DNA from: Malacoraja senta
Lineage: Eukaryota
Assembly (NCBI GenBank): GCA_038087875.1
Contig: CM075991.1
Span: forward strand, 6,822,001 to 6,886,000
Direction: 5' to 3'
DNA length: 64,000 nucleotides
Positions 49,591-62,822 of this stretch are shown here, in pieces. Within the stretch, counting starts at the first letter, position 1; each line of letters opens with the position of its first letter. Below the pieces are notes generated by a model. That model was not told the DNA's origin. It saw nothing but the letters and a program-made list of their open reading frames with translations, and ran no database searches. The position numbers and the translations under genes are program-made.

Positions 49591-52500
49591 ATTGGCAGTC
49601 CTAACTTTGAAGCCGCTGCCATGCATTGTTTCGCAGGAAGGAGGTGGAAGAGGGCATCCTTTAACTTCATTACTGTACTGCAATGAGGCATGCATTCCCA
49701 GCTTGTCATGTCTGATCTCGTGTCTGTCTCGTTCCTCTATAAATGTTTGTGGTGTCGGGCCAAAGAAAGGGGGCAAAATGCCTTTGAAATACTTGCGTAT
49801 GACAGTAGCACAATAGCCGTCAGAAGGCTAAGTGAATAAATGAAAACGATGCAGAGTTTCCACTTGACTGAACCTTGTCTGTGTGAAAGGGAACTATGTG
49901 CAGTTCAGCATGCTGGAGTCAGTGACATTTGATTGTTCAGTAGATAGCCTTGTGACCTCTCCAAAAGTGGAAATAAACAGTAGGCTGCAGAAAATAACTG
50001 AGATGGCAAAAAAAAAAAAATCCTTTTGGTTTATTTTCCCTCTAATACTTATTTCTTCATTGCAATTGCTCCGGCCCTTGCAACTTGTGTTTTATTTGCC
50101 GAGGCAGAGAATACAAGAGCAAGTAGATTATGTAGACACAAGTAACAACAGATGCAGGTTTACAAAAAAGGGCATGAAGTTTTGGGGTAACTCAGTAACT
50201 CAGTGGGGCAGGCAGCTTCTCTGCAGATTGCTAGTGACGTTTCAGGTCAGGGTACGTTATGTTGGAATTGTGCACAATTGCTTGAGTGCAGTGTGGAGTT
50301 AACAAGGAAATGCAGATGGTGGTTTATACCAAAGAAAGACACAAAATGCTGGAGTAACTCAGTGCCTCAGAGCATCCCTGGAGAACATAGATATTGACAT
50401 TTCGTAGGAAGATTCCTAAGGATGTCGCCAAGACCAAAGAAAGATTGGATAGGCTGGGGTTGGTTTCTTTGAAACAAAAGACTGAATTGGGATGTATTGA
50501 GAGGCCTTGATGAGTAAATAGTTATAGCCTTTTCCCTTTTGAAGATTGTCAACAATCTATATTCTTTTGAATCCCAGACACTTGTTCTATTAAGTTTCGA
50601 AGAGGTGAGGTCTCATTACAAAATTCTAATGGGGCAGAACAGGCTGATTGCTGGCAGGATGTCATTAACTTTATACTTTCCTCAAAGTGCAACGTCTCAC
50701 ACTTGCTCAGATGAAACTCCATCTTTCCACTCATATCTGCAGCTGATCTTTGAAAGTCTTCTTTGCTGTCTGAAACTCCACCAAATTTTGTGTTGTCTGC
50801 AAATGTTTCTTGGGACATGGGCATTGTATTGTGGATGGAGCTGGTACACTAATGCGAACTAGCAGTGAGAAGTAGACTCCTGATGCGAGAGGACGGATAA
50901 AGTAAACCACAAGGAGGTTATTCGCAATAGAGTCATGGTACGATTTGAATCTATAGTCAATGATCTTTCATTCAAAGATGGTTGATCATGAAGCATTGTA
51001 GAAAATTTGTACTAGATTCAAACCCTTTTATTTGTGGTAAGCAATAAGTGACAGAATAAATGCAGGTTGTGGGGAACTGGAAGACCAATGGAAACATTGA
51101 ACCTTCTATACAAAGACTTGGTTTATAGAAATAAAGAGAAAGTCCCAATGATGTGATGTTGTAAACTTACCGGATGTTTCAAATTACTTCACACACTGTT
51201 TTTGCATTAAATTGTCATTATTTATTACATAAACTTTGCAATTGTAAACAGAGTATTCAGAGTATTCTCCAAAAGGCACCTTTCTTTCTTTAAAATGCTC
51301 TATATTTATATGTTCTTATTACAGGGGTTGTGATTACAGATGCACATTTTGGTGATTGCATTTCATGATTTCAGATTTTATCAGAAGCATTTTCTTTTTT
51401 TTAATGTGTACTTACCACCACAAGGACAAATGCTTCCAGCCCGTTCAACACTCACAATGTAATAACAGAGGACAGATGATTACATAGCACTTTCCAAAAT
51501 GCAGCACTCACCAATATTACATCGGACATACGTGTTAAATCCTCTTTTTAAATGGAGAAAAACAAATATTCACAATAACTATCTAGTTCTGTGTACTTTT
51601 GACTCAATCTCTTCCTCGAACTTGTTTCAGGCCCTGAGCTCAGGTCTGACATGTCCTGTTTATGTGCGGTCCATGTGGTGTACGTCAAGTCACCACTAGC
51701 TTCCGTGACATCAAATGTTGTTCTCATTGGTTTCATCTTCATTGTGTCTCTGATTCCCAGCAGTAATAGCTCATTGACACCTCAGTAATACGCTCATCAT
51801 AGAAACATAGAGCATATAAAATAGGTGCAGGAGGAGGCCATTCGGCCCTTCGAGCCAGCACCGCCATTCATTGTGATCATGGCATGATGTAGCTTTATAC
51901 ATTCCATCAGCTGAACTCTTTATTGTTTTTTTACTGTTTGTTGATTAGTATGGGTGTCTTGATTAGCATGGATGTCAAGGGTTATGGGGAGAAGGCAGGA
52001 GAACAGGGTTAGGAGGGAGAGGTAGATCAGCCATGATTGAATGGTGGAGTAGACTTGATGGGCCGAATGGCCTAATTCTACTCCTATCACTTATGAACTC
52101 ATGAATTTTGCTTACAATTTATGAGTGTGATATCTTTCTGGTCCACTGCATTGAACCAGCTCATGTCAAGTGTCAAGAACGTCAAGAGTGGCTTATTATC
52201 GTTCCCAAAACGTAACAATGAAATTGCTATTGTGTAAGAAGGATCTGCAGATGCTGGTGTACACCGAAGATAGACACAAAATGCTGGAGTAACTCAACGG
52301 GTCAGGCAGCATCTCTGGAGAAAAGGAATAGATGATGTTTTGGGTTGAAACTGAGAGCCAGGGAAGGGGAAATTGCTAGAATGTTTTTAGATTTTACCTT
52401 TGCAGAATGCATCCCAACTGATTTCAGTGCAGTCTTCAAAGCTGGTAATGGATTATTTGTCTGTTTTTACTCCTCCACCTCAAGAATGCTGGCAATAATG

Positions 52501-53461
52501 CTCCCTAGTCAAGTAGGAACATCACTGGTTGCGTTTTCGCCAGTCGTTTTAATACAGATACATCTTGTGGGTATCACTTCCACAGAATTAACCTTGATTG
52601 GCTGTGTGAAGAAGTGTCCCGACCCGAAACATCATCTATCTATTTGCTCCAGAGATGCTGTCTGACCCGCTGAGTTACTCCAGCATTTTGTGTATAACCT
52701 TGTTTGACACTAGTTACTAGTTCCAAACACAGGTGCTCTAAATTTGACCCAGCTTCTCTCCCTCCACAGCTCATCTCACTCATTCCATGGACGTTTGATG
52801 TCTTGTTCACTGAGCACTGTTTGTGGAAATGATTTCCCCATCTACTTACGTGCACTTTTTGACTATATTTCCAATTGCTCATGTTGCATTTCCAAAAATC
52901 TTGCAACATCTCAGTCACCTTGACTGTACTTTCCCACTCCTGTTGTTTACCTCCTGTTTCTCCACCATGTACTTCCTCTGCTAGCCCTTCCAAGACTTCC
53001 AGCCTGGCTCTCGATAGCTTTCCCGATTGTGTGTACCTCTCTGGAGTTAAGTCTTTCTCATGAGGTAGCAGTTCCCTCAGGCCAAACCTAGGATCCCACA
53101 CACAATCTGAGCTCTGATAAGCAGTCCTGCAAATCTGCAATTATCTGCTAAAGGTCTTAACTGCGTTAAGAAAGTATCAAAAGATTCTTGCTGCTCCTGA
53201 TTAAAAGAGAAAAAACGGGAACATTTAACTGTTTTGCTTATCAGCAGATTGTAATTTGCTTGAGTGGAATCAAAACATTCTCCGGGGCCACATCTAAGAG
53301 TTTGGAACGGTGGAAGATGTTGTAGCCAAAAAGATATACCTGTAATAACAAAGTGCTGGAGAATACTGAAGAAGCGTCCCGACCCGAAACATCACCTATC
53401 CTTTTCCTCCAGAGATGCTGCCTGACCTGCTGAGTTACATCAGCACTTTGTGTCTATCTTT

Positions 53462-54674
53462 GATATTGATTATTGATTGATTATACCTTTAATAATCCTT
53501 TGCAGGAAATTACAATGCCACGACAGCTTCAAGACAGACATAACACCACAAATAGCTTCCATACTTAACAAGTTAAAATACAAGTTAAAATACAATTAAT
53601 TTAAAAAAAAAGTGCAGTTATTTATGCGCATTATATAACCTTATCGCAGCTGGTAAACAGGACTTCCTATGTCTCTCAGTTTTGCACATTGGTGCAATCA
53701 GTCTCTGACTGAAGATGCTGCTCTTGATCACCTTCAGGGCATGGAGTGGGTGAGTGGGGTTGGTCATTATAGAACCCAGTTTTTTCAGAGTTCTGGCCTC
53801 TGCCACCAGCTGGACCGTTCGTTGCTCAGCCCCGACCACTGAGCCGGCCTTCCTGATCAGTTTGTCCAGTCTGTTTTTGTCCGCTATGCGAGCGCCATCT
53901 CCCCAACAGGCCACCGCAAAAAACAGAGCACTGGCCACCACTGAATGGTAGACACTGCACAGTAGGGGTTGGCAGATGTTAAATGCCCTCAGCCTCCTTA
54001 AAAAATACAGTTGGCTTTGTCCCTTCCTGTACACCGCCTCCATATGACACTTCCAGTCCAGCTCACTGTCAAGCTGCACACCAAGGTACCTGTGGTTAGC
54101 GACCACCTCCACCTCAGTGCCCTTAATGGTGATTGGTGTTGCTTGAGTCCTCCTCCTCCCCCTCCTGAAGTCCACAGCTATCTCCTTGGTTTTTGTGGTG
54201 TTAAGATGGAGGTTATTGAGTGCACTCCACTCCACAAAGTTACTTATTATATCTCTATACTCCTCCTCATTGCCCCCTTTAATGAGGCCGACAACAGCTG
54301 TGTCATCCGAAAATTTCTGCAAAAAGCAGCTGTTGGTGTTATATCGGAGATCCGCTGTGTAGATGGTAAACAGGAATGGAGCCAGCACAGTTCCTTGTGG
54401 AGCCCCTGTGCTGCTCAAGATGGTGCTTGAGACATTGTTGTTCTGTAGGCGCACGTACTGTGGTCTGAGGGAAAGGTAATCCAAACACCACAGCACCAGT
54501 GATGGATCCACTTTCATCTTCTCCATCTTCTCCCCTAGCAGTCGGGGCTGACTTGTGTTGAAGGCGCTTGAAAAGTCAAAAAATGTAATCCTTACAGATG
54601 CATCAGTAGTGTCCAAATGTGTGTACACCCTCTGCAGCATGTAAATGAGGGCATCATCGACACTGATGTTAGGC
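53462..54674 (-). mobile_element. Second Rex1/Babar-clade LINE fragment (RT ORF 53618-54640)
   Basis: FFDFSSAFNT, GAPQGTVLAPFLF, KFSDD, YLGV, LYFLRRLR; splits a family A arm. Confidence 0.92.
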
Positions 54675-54700
54675 TATAAACCAGCATCTGCAGTCATCAT

Positions 54701-54903
54701 GTGTTGGAAGGAACTGCAGATGCTGGTTTACACCGAAGATAGACACAAAATGCTGGAGTAACTCAGCGGGACAGGCAGCATCTCTGGATAGATGGAATGG
54801 GTGACTTTTCAGGTCTGAAGAAAGGTCTCGACCTGAAACGTCACCCGTTCCTTCTATCCAGAGATGCTGCCTGTCCCGCTGAGTTACTCCAGCATTTTGT
54901 GTC
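54701..54903. mobile_element. Family A inverted-pair element with perfect 16-bp TSD
   Basis: catctgcagtcatcat at 54685-54700 and 54904-54919; hammerhead core at 54815-54842. Confidence 0.88.
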
Positions 54904-55488
54904 CATCTGCAGTCATCATACTGTTATCTCTTTTAGTTTCTCTAACATAGCTCAGATATTGTCTTAGATTTTCTCTCCATTATCTCAACGCCTTTGTTTA
55001 CTTCTCTGGAATTCAGAGGCTGGATGCCTTGATTTGGTCCATACTGCAGTAATAAATCTCATAGTTCCCTCTCTTTCAGTTCACAACCTTGTGCTATTTG
55101 TATTCATACTGAGACTAATTTACCGTTCCATTTCGAATTTTATTTATTACTATTATTGCTTATGATATGATAGGAAAGATGGCAACCGGTTGCATTATTA
55201 AACTAAATAACCTTTGGGAGACGGGGCATTTTTACTTTCTGAACACCAGTCTTCTTCAGGCAAGTCTCACAGTTCAACAATGTGTACATGGGGAGCAGAT
55301 TCCACGGCGTATACCTCTTAGAGGTGAACATGTCCATTCCATAAGCTACATATTCCATTGAACTGAGTGGCCATAACCAAGTGTAACCAGTGATGCTAAC
55401 CCATGAGAAATGGAAAATCTCCCTACGATCTGGAGATTGTTCAAGAGCATGGATTCCTGATCACAGCTCAATGGAACATGACCTCAGA

Positions 55489-58400
55489 GTGCCTCCGAGA
55501 TGGATTCTTAGAACAGCTTGTACTGGAGCCTACCAGGCAGAAGGCTATTCTGGATTTAGTGTTGTGTAATGAACCGGATTTGATAAGGGAACTCAAGGTA
55601 AAGGAGTCATTAGGAGGTAGTGACCACAATATGATAAGTTTTAATCTGCAATTTGAGAGGGAGAAGGTAAAATCGGAAGTGTCAGTATTGCAGTTGAACA
55701 AAGGGGTCTATGGAGGCATGAGGGAGGAGCTGGCCAAAGTTTACTGGAAAAGGACCCGAGCAGAGATGACGGTGGAACAGCAATGGCAGGTATTTCTGGG
55801 AATAATCCAGATGATGCAGGATCATTTCATTCCAAAGAGGAAGAAAGATTCTAAAGGGGAGTAAGAGGCGACCATGGCTGACAAAGGAAGTCAAGGACAG
55901 TATAAAAATAAAAGAAGATATATAACATAGCAAAGATGAGCGGGAAGCCAGAAGATTGGGACACTTTTAATGATCAACAGAAGGTAACTAAAAAGGCAAT
56001 ACGAGGAGAAAAGATGAAGTACGATGGTACGCTAGCCAAAAATATAAAGGAGGATAGTAAAAGCTTCTTTATGTATGTGAAGAGTTAAAAATTAGTTAAG
56101 ACGTGGGTCCCTTGAAGACAGACACAGGTGAATTTATTATGGGGAACAAGGAAATGGCAGATGAGTTGAATAGGCACTTTGGTTCTGTTGTATATTGCTC
56201 GTTCTAAGCTTCCCCCCAGACTAGTTTCAGTCAAAAATCACTGAGTCACGCACTTACGCATCTAATCTTTATTTTGACAAAACACAATACGGTTCACACT
56301 ACTGTACCTAACCACCGCGGGTTCGATCCTCGTATCTGCCTGATCAAGCCCTCTTGGCCTCGCTCAAACAGAGACACTCCAGTCCTAAGTGCTCTCCCAG
56401 AAGATCGACACAGGACCTTGTGGTAGAGGACTTTTATAGGTCCCCGAACCTCGAGAGGCCGAACCACGTGGGGGTGGTCTCTTTACAATTACAGATATCA
56501 ATTAACCCCATACATGACAGACATTTACCTAACCCAATAATATAGTGGCTAATACATTGTATTCAGTGTTTCTCAAAGGAAACGAACATCGCAACATGTG
56601 CCCTGATATGCAAGAAAACCAGACAAGGCTCAATACTTAATCCAATCAACATCAAGCAAAGTAAAGCTTTGCAACATTATTTACAAGGTGTATATCTGGT
56701 TTGCATTCATCCAATCCATTCTATGCATTTTGCACCTAATTGTCAGGATCTGCAGATGTTCCCATTTTCTTCCTGCAGCTCTGATCTAGGCTCTAGACAA
56801 ACTGGCACCACTCTGCAGCTTGTCTCATTTCTACAGAGAGCACTTTTAAATTGACCAAATGGCCTAGCAGCCCAGAAGCCTTTACTCAATTTTAGGGTCC
56901 TGGCCTCTCCAATTTGACCAGGATTAACACTGTCTTCACTAAGGAAGACACAAACAATCTCCCAGATGTACTAGGGGACAGAGGACCTTGGGTGATGGAA
57001 GAACTGAAGGAAATTCACATTAGTCAGGAAATGGTGTTGGGCAGGCTGATGGGATTGAAGGCTGATAAATCCCCAGGTCCTGATGGTCTGCATCCCAGGG
57101 TATGGTGGCTCTAGAAATCGTGGACGCATTGGTGATCATTTTCCAATGTTCTATAGATTCTGGATCAGTTCCTGTGGATTGGAGCGTAGCTAATATTATC
57201 CCACTTTTCAAGAAAGGAGGGAGAGGGAAAGCAGGGAATTATAGACCAGTTAGCCTGACATCAGTGGTGGGGAAGATGCCAGAGTCGATTATTAAAGATG
57301 TAATAGCAGCACATTTGGATAGCAGTAACAGGATCAGTCCAAGTCAGCATGGATTTACGAAGGGGAAATCATGCTTGATAAATCTTCTGGAATTTTTTGT
57401 GAATGTAACAAGTAAAATGGACGAGGGAGAGCCAGTGGATGTAGTGTACATGGACTTTCAGAAAGCCTTTGATAAGATCCCACACAGGAGATTAATGGGC
57501 AAAATTAGAGCACATGGTTTTGGCGGTAGGGTATTGACATGGATAGAAAATTGGTTGGCAGACAGGAAACAAAGAGTAGGGATTAACGGGTCCCTTTCAG
57601 AATGGCAGGCAATGACGTGAGGTGCCGCAAGGCGCGGTACTAGGACCGCAGACCACAGCTATTTACAATATACAGTACATGAATGATTTAGATGAAGGAA
57701 TTAAAAGTAACACTAGCAAATTTGCTGATGACACAAAGCTGGGTGGCAGTGTGAACTGTGAAGAGGATGCTATGAGGATGCAGGGTGACTTGGACAGGTT
57801 GGGTGAGTGGGCAGATGCATGGCAGATGCAGTATAATGTGGATAAATGTGAGGTTATCGACATTGGTGGCAAGAACGGTAAGGCAGATTATTATCTGAAT
57901 GGTGTCAGGTTAGCAAAAGGGGAAGTACAACGAGATCTGGGTGTCCTTGTACATCAGTCACTGAAAGTAAGCATGCAGGTACAACAGGCAGTGAAGAAAG
58001 CTAATGACAGGCCTTCATAATGACAGGAGCTGTGTATAGGACCAAAGAGGTCCTTCTGCAGTTGTACAGGACCCTGGTGAGACCACACCTGGAGTATTGT
58101 GTGCAGTTTTGGTCTCCTAATTTGAGGAAGGACATTGTTCCTATTGAGGGAGTGCAGCGTAGGTTCACATGGTTAATTCCTGGGATGGTAGGACTGTCAT
58201 ATGATGAAAGAATGGAGCAACTGGGCTTGTATTCACTGTAATTTAGAAGGATGAGAGGATATCTGATAGAAACATATAAAATTATTAAGGGATTGGACAC
58301 GCTAGATGCAGGAAACATGTTCCCGATGTTTGGGGAGTCCTGAACCAGGGGCCACAGTTTAAGAATAAGGGGTAGGCCATTTAGAACTGAAATGGGAAAA

Positions 58401-58655
58401 ACTTTTTCACACAGAAAGTTGTGAATTTGTGGAATTCTCTGCCTCAGAAGGCAGTGGAGGCCGACTCACTGGATGCGTTCAAAAGAGAGTTAGACAGAGC
58501 TCTTAGGGCTAGCGGAATCAAGGGGTGTGGGAAGAAGGCAGGAACGGGGTACTGATTGTGGATGATCAGCCATGATCACATTGAATGGCGGTGCTGGCAC
58601 GAAAGGCCGAATGGCCTTCTCCTGCACCTATTGTCTATGTATCTATGTATCTATG
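55489..58655 (+). mobile_element. CR1 LINE (APE end + RT + tail), frameshifted, split by a solo LTR
   Basis: LDLVL, GSDHN, KSPGPDG, NYRPVSLTS, DFQKAFD, KFADDTKL; (TATCTATG)n tail. Confidence 0.95.
56189..56929 (-). mobile_element. Solo LTR (741 bp)
   Basis: TG...CA ends, 4-bp TSD ctgt (56185-88, 56930-33). Removing it restores CR1 HFGSVFTKED. TATAAAA (~56435) and AATAAA (~56270) on the minus strand. Confidence 0.88.
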
Positions 58656-58728
58656 ACTATATTGTATGTAATTGTTGTATGTAATTGTTGTATGTAATTG
58701 TTTGTAATTGTATTTGTTAGTCTGTGTT

Positions 58729-58983
58729 CAAGATGGCGGTCGGAGGGGAGAGTGGACGCTGGCGTTAAATTGCCGCTGCTCTCTCCTCAAGTTGTGCTTC
58801 TGATTTTCTTTTTTTTGTGTTTTTGGAAGGAATTCTGTCCCTGATTTATGTATTGGTCTTTATAACCTATTTTTTTTAAATTCTGATTATACGTTTTCTA
58901 TAAATCTCTGTATGGTGTCCTTGAGACCTCGGTATAAGGCGCCCGTAAATAAAATCCATTATTATTATTATTATTATTATTAT
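58729..58983 (+). mobile_element. Short non-autonomous element with YY1-like head and L2-type tail
   Basis: Starts CAAGATGGCGG; ends tgtccttgag..aaggcgcccgtaaataaaat(ATT)n. Confidence 0.6.
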
Positions 58984-59317
58984 GTGTGTCAAGTTAGAGC
59001 CTGGCTTGCAATCTGCCAGAGCATTACAATCAGGTGGGTAAATGCTGTTTCCACCCAGCTTTTGTGTCAATGTGAGGCAGGCTACATCCTGAAAAAGAAT
59101 CAGTCAAAATTATAAAGACCAAATTTGTACTGAAGTCCTTTGTGGAAGCCCTGTAAGTTTGGATATCTCTGTGCTTCCAAACTCATTGCTTTCATACACA
59201 TCCACGTTAATATCCCAGATTAGTCTAGTAGATTTGACAATCCCCAGATTTTCTGATATTAAATTAATGAGTCAGATCCAAAAAGTAATTTATGGGATTT
59301 GTGGAATATTTGAGCGC

Positions 59318-59617
59318 AGGCAACATGGTAGTGCAGTTGCTAGAGCTGTTTGCCTCACTGCACCAGAGACCCAGGTTCCATCCTGACCTTGGGTACTGTC
59401 CGCGTAAAGTTTGCACATTCTCACTGTGACCATGTGGGTTTCCCCTGGGTGCTCCGGTTTCCTCCCACATCCCAAAGACATGCCTGTCTGTTGGATTGGC
59501 ATCTGCAAATTGCCTCTAGTCTGTTGGGAGTGGATAAGTGGGATAACATAGAACTAGTGTGAACAGGTCAGTATGGCCTCAGTCAGCCAAAGGGCCTGTT
59601 TCCATACAGTATCTCTA
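59318..59617 (+). mobile_element. V-SINE
   Basis: V-domain and CR1-like tail. Confidence 0.8.
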
Positions 59618-60647
59618 AGAAGGAAACAATGTGTGTAGAACCAGAAGCAGGCCTCCCAACGACATGAAAATTAAAAACAAAAAATTGTCTTCAAGCAAAG
59701 CTGAGTGCAAAGCAATGACACATGGGATGTAGAGGCCATTTCTAATGGGTTGTGTAATTGAGTTTTTACGTACATTAAAAAAGGAAGTATTTCTACTTGT
59801 TTTGTTTCTAAATATTCTTACCTTTTTAATAACTTTTCTTTGATTCAAATCCTACCCATTAGAGGCATATAACCCAGAGTGAAAATACAATAACTTCTGT
59901 GGAGTTACATAAGCGCATAGATATTGCAGGAAGAGGCATTCTCTGCCACCCTCCAGAAAGGGTGTACAGTGCTGGAGTTAATACAAAAACTGTTTAACGT
60001 CAATTCAGTGTGTATCATTTCAGCTGATCAATCTTCTGAAAGGTGAGACCACATTGCTTATTTACATCCATGTAAATCTGATCTTTAATTGCTTACAAAA
60101 AACAACAATATACCACAAGCTTAGCAAAGCAATAAACAGCTGTTGCCGGAATGTGGCACTCTGTGAAGTTTGCTTCATATTTCCCTATGACCTCCCATCT
60201 TATTTATAGCCAGAATGAGAAGTGTTCCAGAGATTCAGGTTCACCGCACATGTGTCCCAATCAATCATTTGAACTAAATTTATATCCCTTTTGCCCGCTA
60301 TCGGTGTCAGTCCGCACTATTGGGAATTTCTAACCTTGACGATCGCGGGATATCATTCCCATTAATCCGTCCTTAAGACTGCAGCTTATCATGTTGTCAT
60401 TAAGAGACTGTAAAGTCATCCATCTACCTTCTCTATTGATTTGAGGCATGGCTTATATATTTATGAGCAACCATTTTGCTCTCCCAGCAGACCGAATGAA
60501 GCACTTGTACTTATCTTTCAGTTTAAGAATGCAAATGCAAGCAGTGTACACTGTGTACCCAAGTTGATCTGGACAGGTTGTTCAATGTGCTGAAGGAAAT
60601 GTCTGAAAAGTTGGGGAGTTTGCAAATATATAGTTGGAACTTGGATG

Positions 60648-60933
60648 AGTTTAGTTTAGTTTAGTTCAGAGATGTGGATACAGGCCCCACGGCCCATCAG
60701 TCCATGTCGACCAGTGATCACCCATTCACTACTTCTATCCTACACACAAGAGCCAATTTATAGAACCCAATTAACCTGCAACCCCGTACATCTTTGGGAT
60801 GTGGGAGGAAACTGGAGGAAGCTTACATGGTCACAGGGAGAACGTAGAAACACGGTAAAGATAGCACCCGTAGTCAGGATCGAACCCGGGTCTCTGCTGC
60901 TGTAAGGCAGCAACTCTACCGCTGCGCCACTGT
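60648..60933 (-). mobile_element. V-SINE
   Basis: Reverse-strand A/B boxes, (CTAAA)n tail. Confidence 0.85.
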
Positions 60934-61587
60934 GTTGTGGAATAGGTTTTCAGGAAAGTTCTTTTCTTAATTCATTCCTTGGATGTGCTGTCCCTCACTT
61001 TCCCTTGAACAAAGTACTTTGCTGTGCCAGTTCAGAGGGCCATTAAGTGCCAGATGTATTTTGGCATGGACCTAGATTGCCACACGAACCCTTACCTAGG
61101 TAAGGATGGCAGGTCTCCGATAATGGCTTTTATTAAACCACATGGATTTTTACAACAGTATTGTAGTTTCATGAACATTACTGGCATCCTTTGCCCTTAA
61201 GATTTTTATTTAATTAATTGAGTAAATTTAAATTCCCCAGCAACCAGCGTGATATTGCACTCGTGACTATATCTAAAAAAAATACGAGCAGGGATCTTTC
61301 AAACCTGTTGTGCCAATCAATAGCTGATCCACAGCTGCAATATCATACATGATCCTTCACTTCCCGATAGTTTACATGGAGTATTAGCTCCAGTCAGGCT
61401 TCTGATATACAGGCTGAAGAAAAGCAAATAACCGACAGATGAGTTCTGGAAGTGAGCAAGTAAAGCGAAATGAGATTTAAAAAAAAACTTTCTTGAACAT
61501 TATAAAGTTCTGAGGCAAGCATGATGAAAGAAAGAAAGGGATCCTCAAAGCACTGAGTAACTAATGTATTATTGTTCAAATCATGCT

Positions 61588-61726
61588 TCTTCTTCTTGCG
61601 TATGGCATGCACAGCCTAAAGTTGTAGGACAACTTGTTCTATTTGATCTTATTTGATTGTGCACGCCAGGTTGATTGCATTCGTTGAAACAGGGCGGACC
61701 AGGAGAAGGTTGCAATCTCCCACCCC
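61588..61726 (-). mobile_element. HDV-ribozyme-headed short retroposon, copy 2 (full length)
   Basis: TSD aaatcatgct (61578-87, 61728-37); (AAG)n tail; no pol III A/B boxes seen. Confidence 0.85.
61673..61726 (-). ncRNA. Minimal HDV-like (CPEB3-type) ribozyme fold
   Basis: P1 GGGGUGG/CCGCCCU with G1-U wobble, P2 GAUUGCA/UGCAAUC, P3 ACC/GGU, 7-nt L3, J4/2 CGAA. Confidence 0.8.
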
Positions 61727-61755
61727 AAAATCATGCTGTCATTAAGGGACACCAA

Positions 61756-62044
61756 TTCTGAACCTTCTGAATTTTGTAGTCGGCAGGGCAGTACTCTGCA
61801 TATCGCCAACTTGGACAATTTAACTTTTTTTTTTTATCAAGCCAATTAAACAAGCCAATTAACCTACAAACCTGTACGTCTTTGGATTGTGGGAGGAAAC
61901 CGAAGATCTCGGAGAAAACCCACACAGATCACGGGGAGAACGTACAAACTCCATGCAGACAGCACCCGTAGTCGGGATCGAACCCGGGTCTCTGGCGCTG
62001 CATTTTGCTGTAAGGCAGCAACTCTACCGCTGTGCCACCGTGAC
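61756..62044 (-). mobile_element. Full-length V-SINE with alternative tail
   Basis: tRNA head + V-domain + the same tail as 49523-49590. Confidence 0.85.
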
Positions 62045-62135
62045 TGCCCAATTTGCACCCTATCAGAGCTTGCTAACTTGCTAAGAAGATTGTTGACCTT
62101 AATTCTATCTTCCTCTTTGGTATTTCAGCGTACCG

Positions 62136-62433
62136 TTTAGTTTACTTTAGAGATACAGCCTGGAAACAGGCCCTTCTGCTCCCTGAGTCCATGCTGACCA
62201 GTGATCCCCGCACCCTAACGCTATCCCACACACACACTAGGGACAATTTACAATTATACAATTAATTAACCTACAAACCTGTACGTGTTTGGAATGTGGG
62301 AGGAAACCGGAGCACTCAGAGAAAACCCACAGGAGAATATACAAACTCCGTACAGACAGCACCCATAGTCAGGATGAACCCGAGTCTCTGGCGCTGTAAT
62401 GCAGAAACTCTACCGCTGTGCCACCGTGCCGCC
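62136..62433 (-). mobile_element. V-SINE
   Basis: Standard CR1-like tail. Confidence 0.85.
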
Positions 62434-62594
62434 CATATGCTGACAATCTGGAAATGATGCTGAGAGAGTGTTGAGCTTTCGGAGGTGTCATCATTTTGAT
62501 GAGATACTGAACAAAGACCATTCTCCCTTTCCTGAAGAAGGGTCCCGACCCGAAACGTCACCTATCCTTTTCCTCCGGAGATGCTGCCTGACCC

Positions 62595-62822
62595 ATTTGC
62601 TGGTCCAGATCACGAACAGATCATTTATGTCGACACAAATTCCGGCTCCCTCGATGTAATGAACCAGGAAAGGGAAGACATCCATGATCGGCACACGTGG
62701 GTTAAACATGTACACCATAATCACAAGTTCCTTCTGGGTTGGAAGGGTGAAGATGGGCTGCTCCGCCAGCAGGTAGAGTGGAGTTTCATTCCTTTGCTAC
62801 TTGCCGCGTGTTTGAAAGTAAT
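62595..62822 (-). mobile_element. Fragment resembling Tx1/L1-clade ORF1 (ZCCHC3-like)
   Basis: PIFTLPTQKELVIMVYMFNPRVPIMDVFPFLVHYIEG...DLFVIWTSK resembles, from memory, the V.MYNP.VP..D...FL..Y...D.FGIWT motif. Confidence 0.55.
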
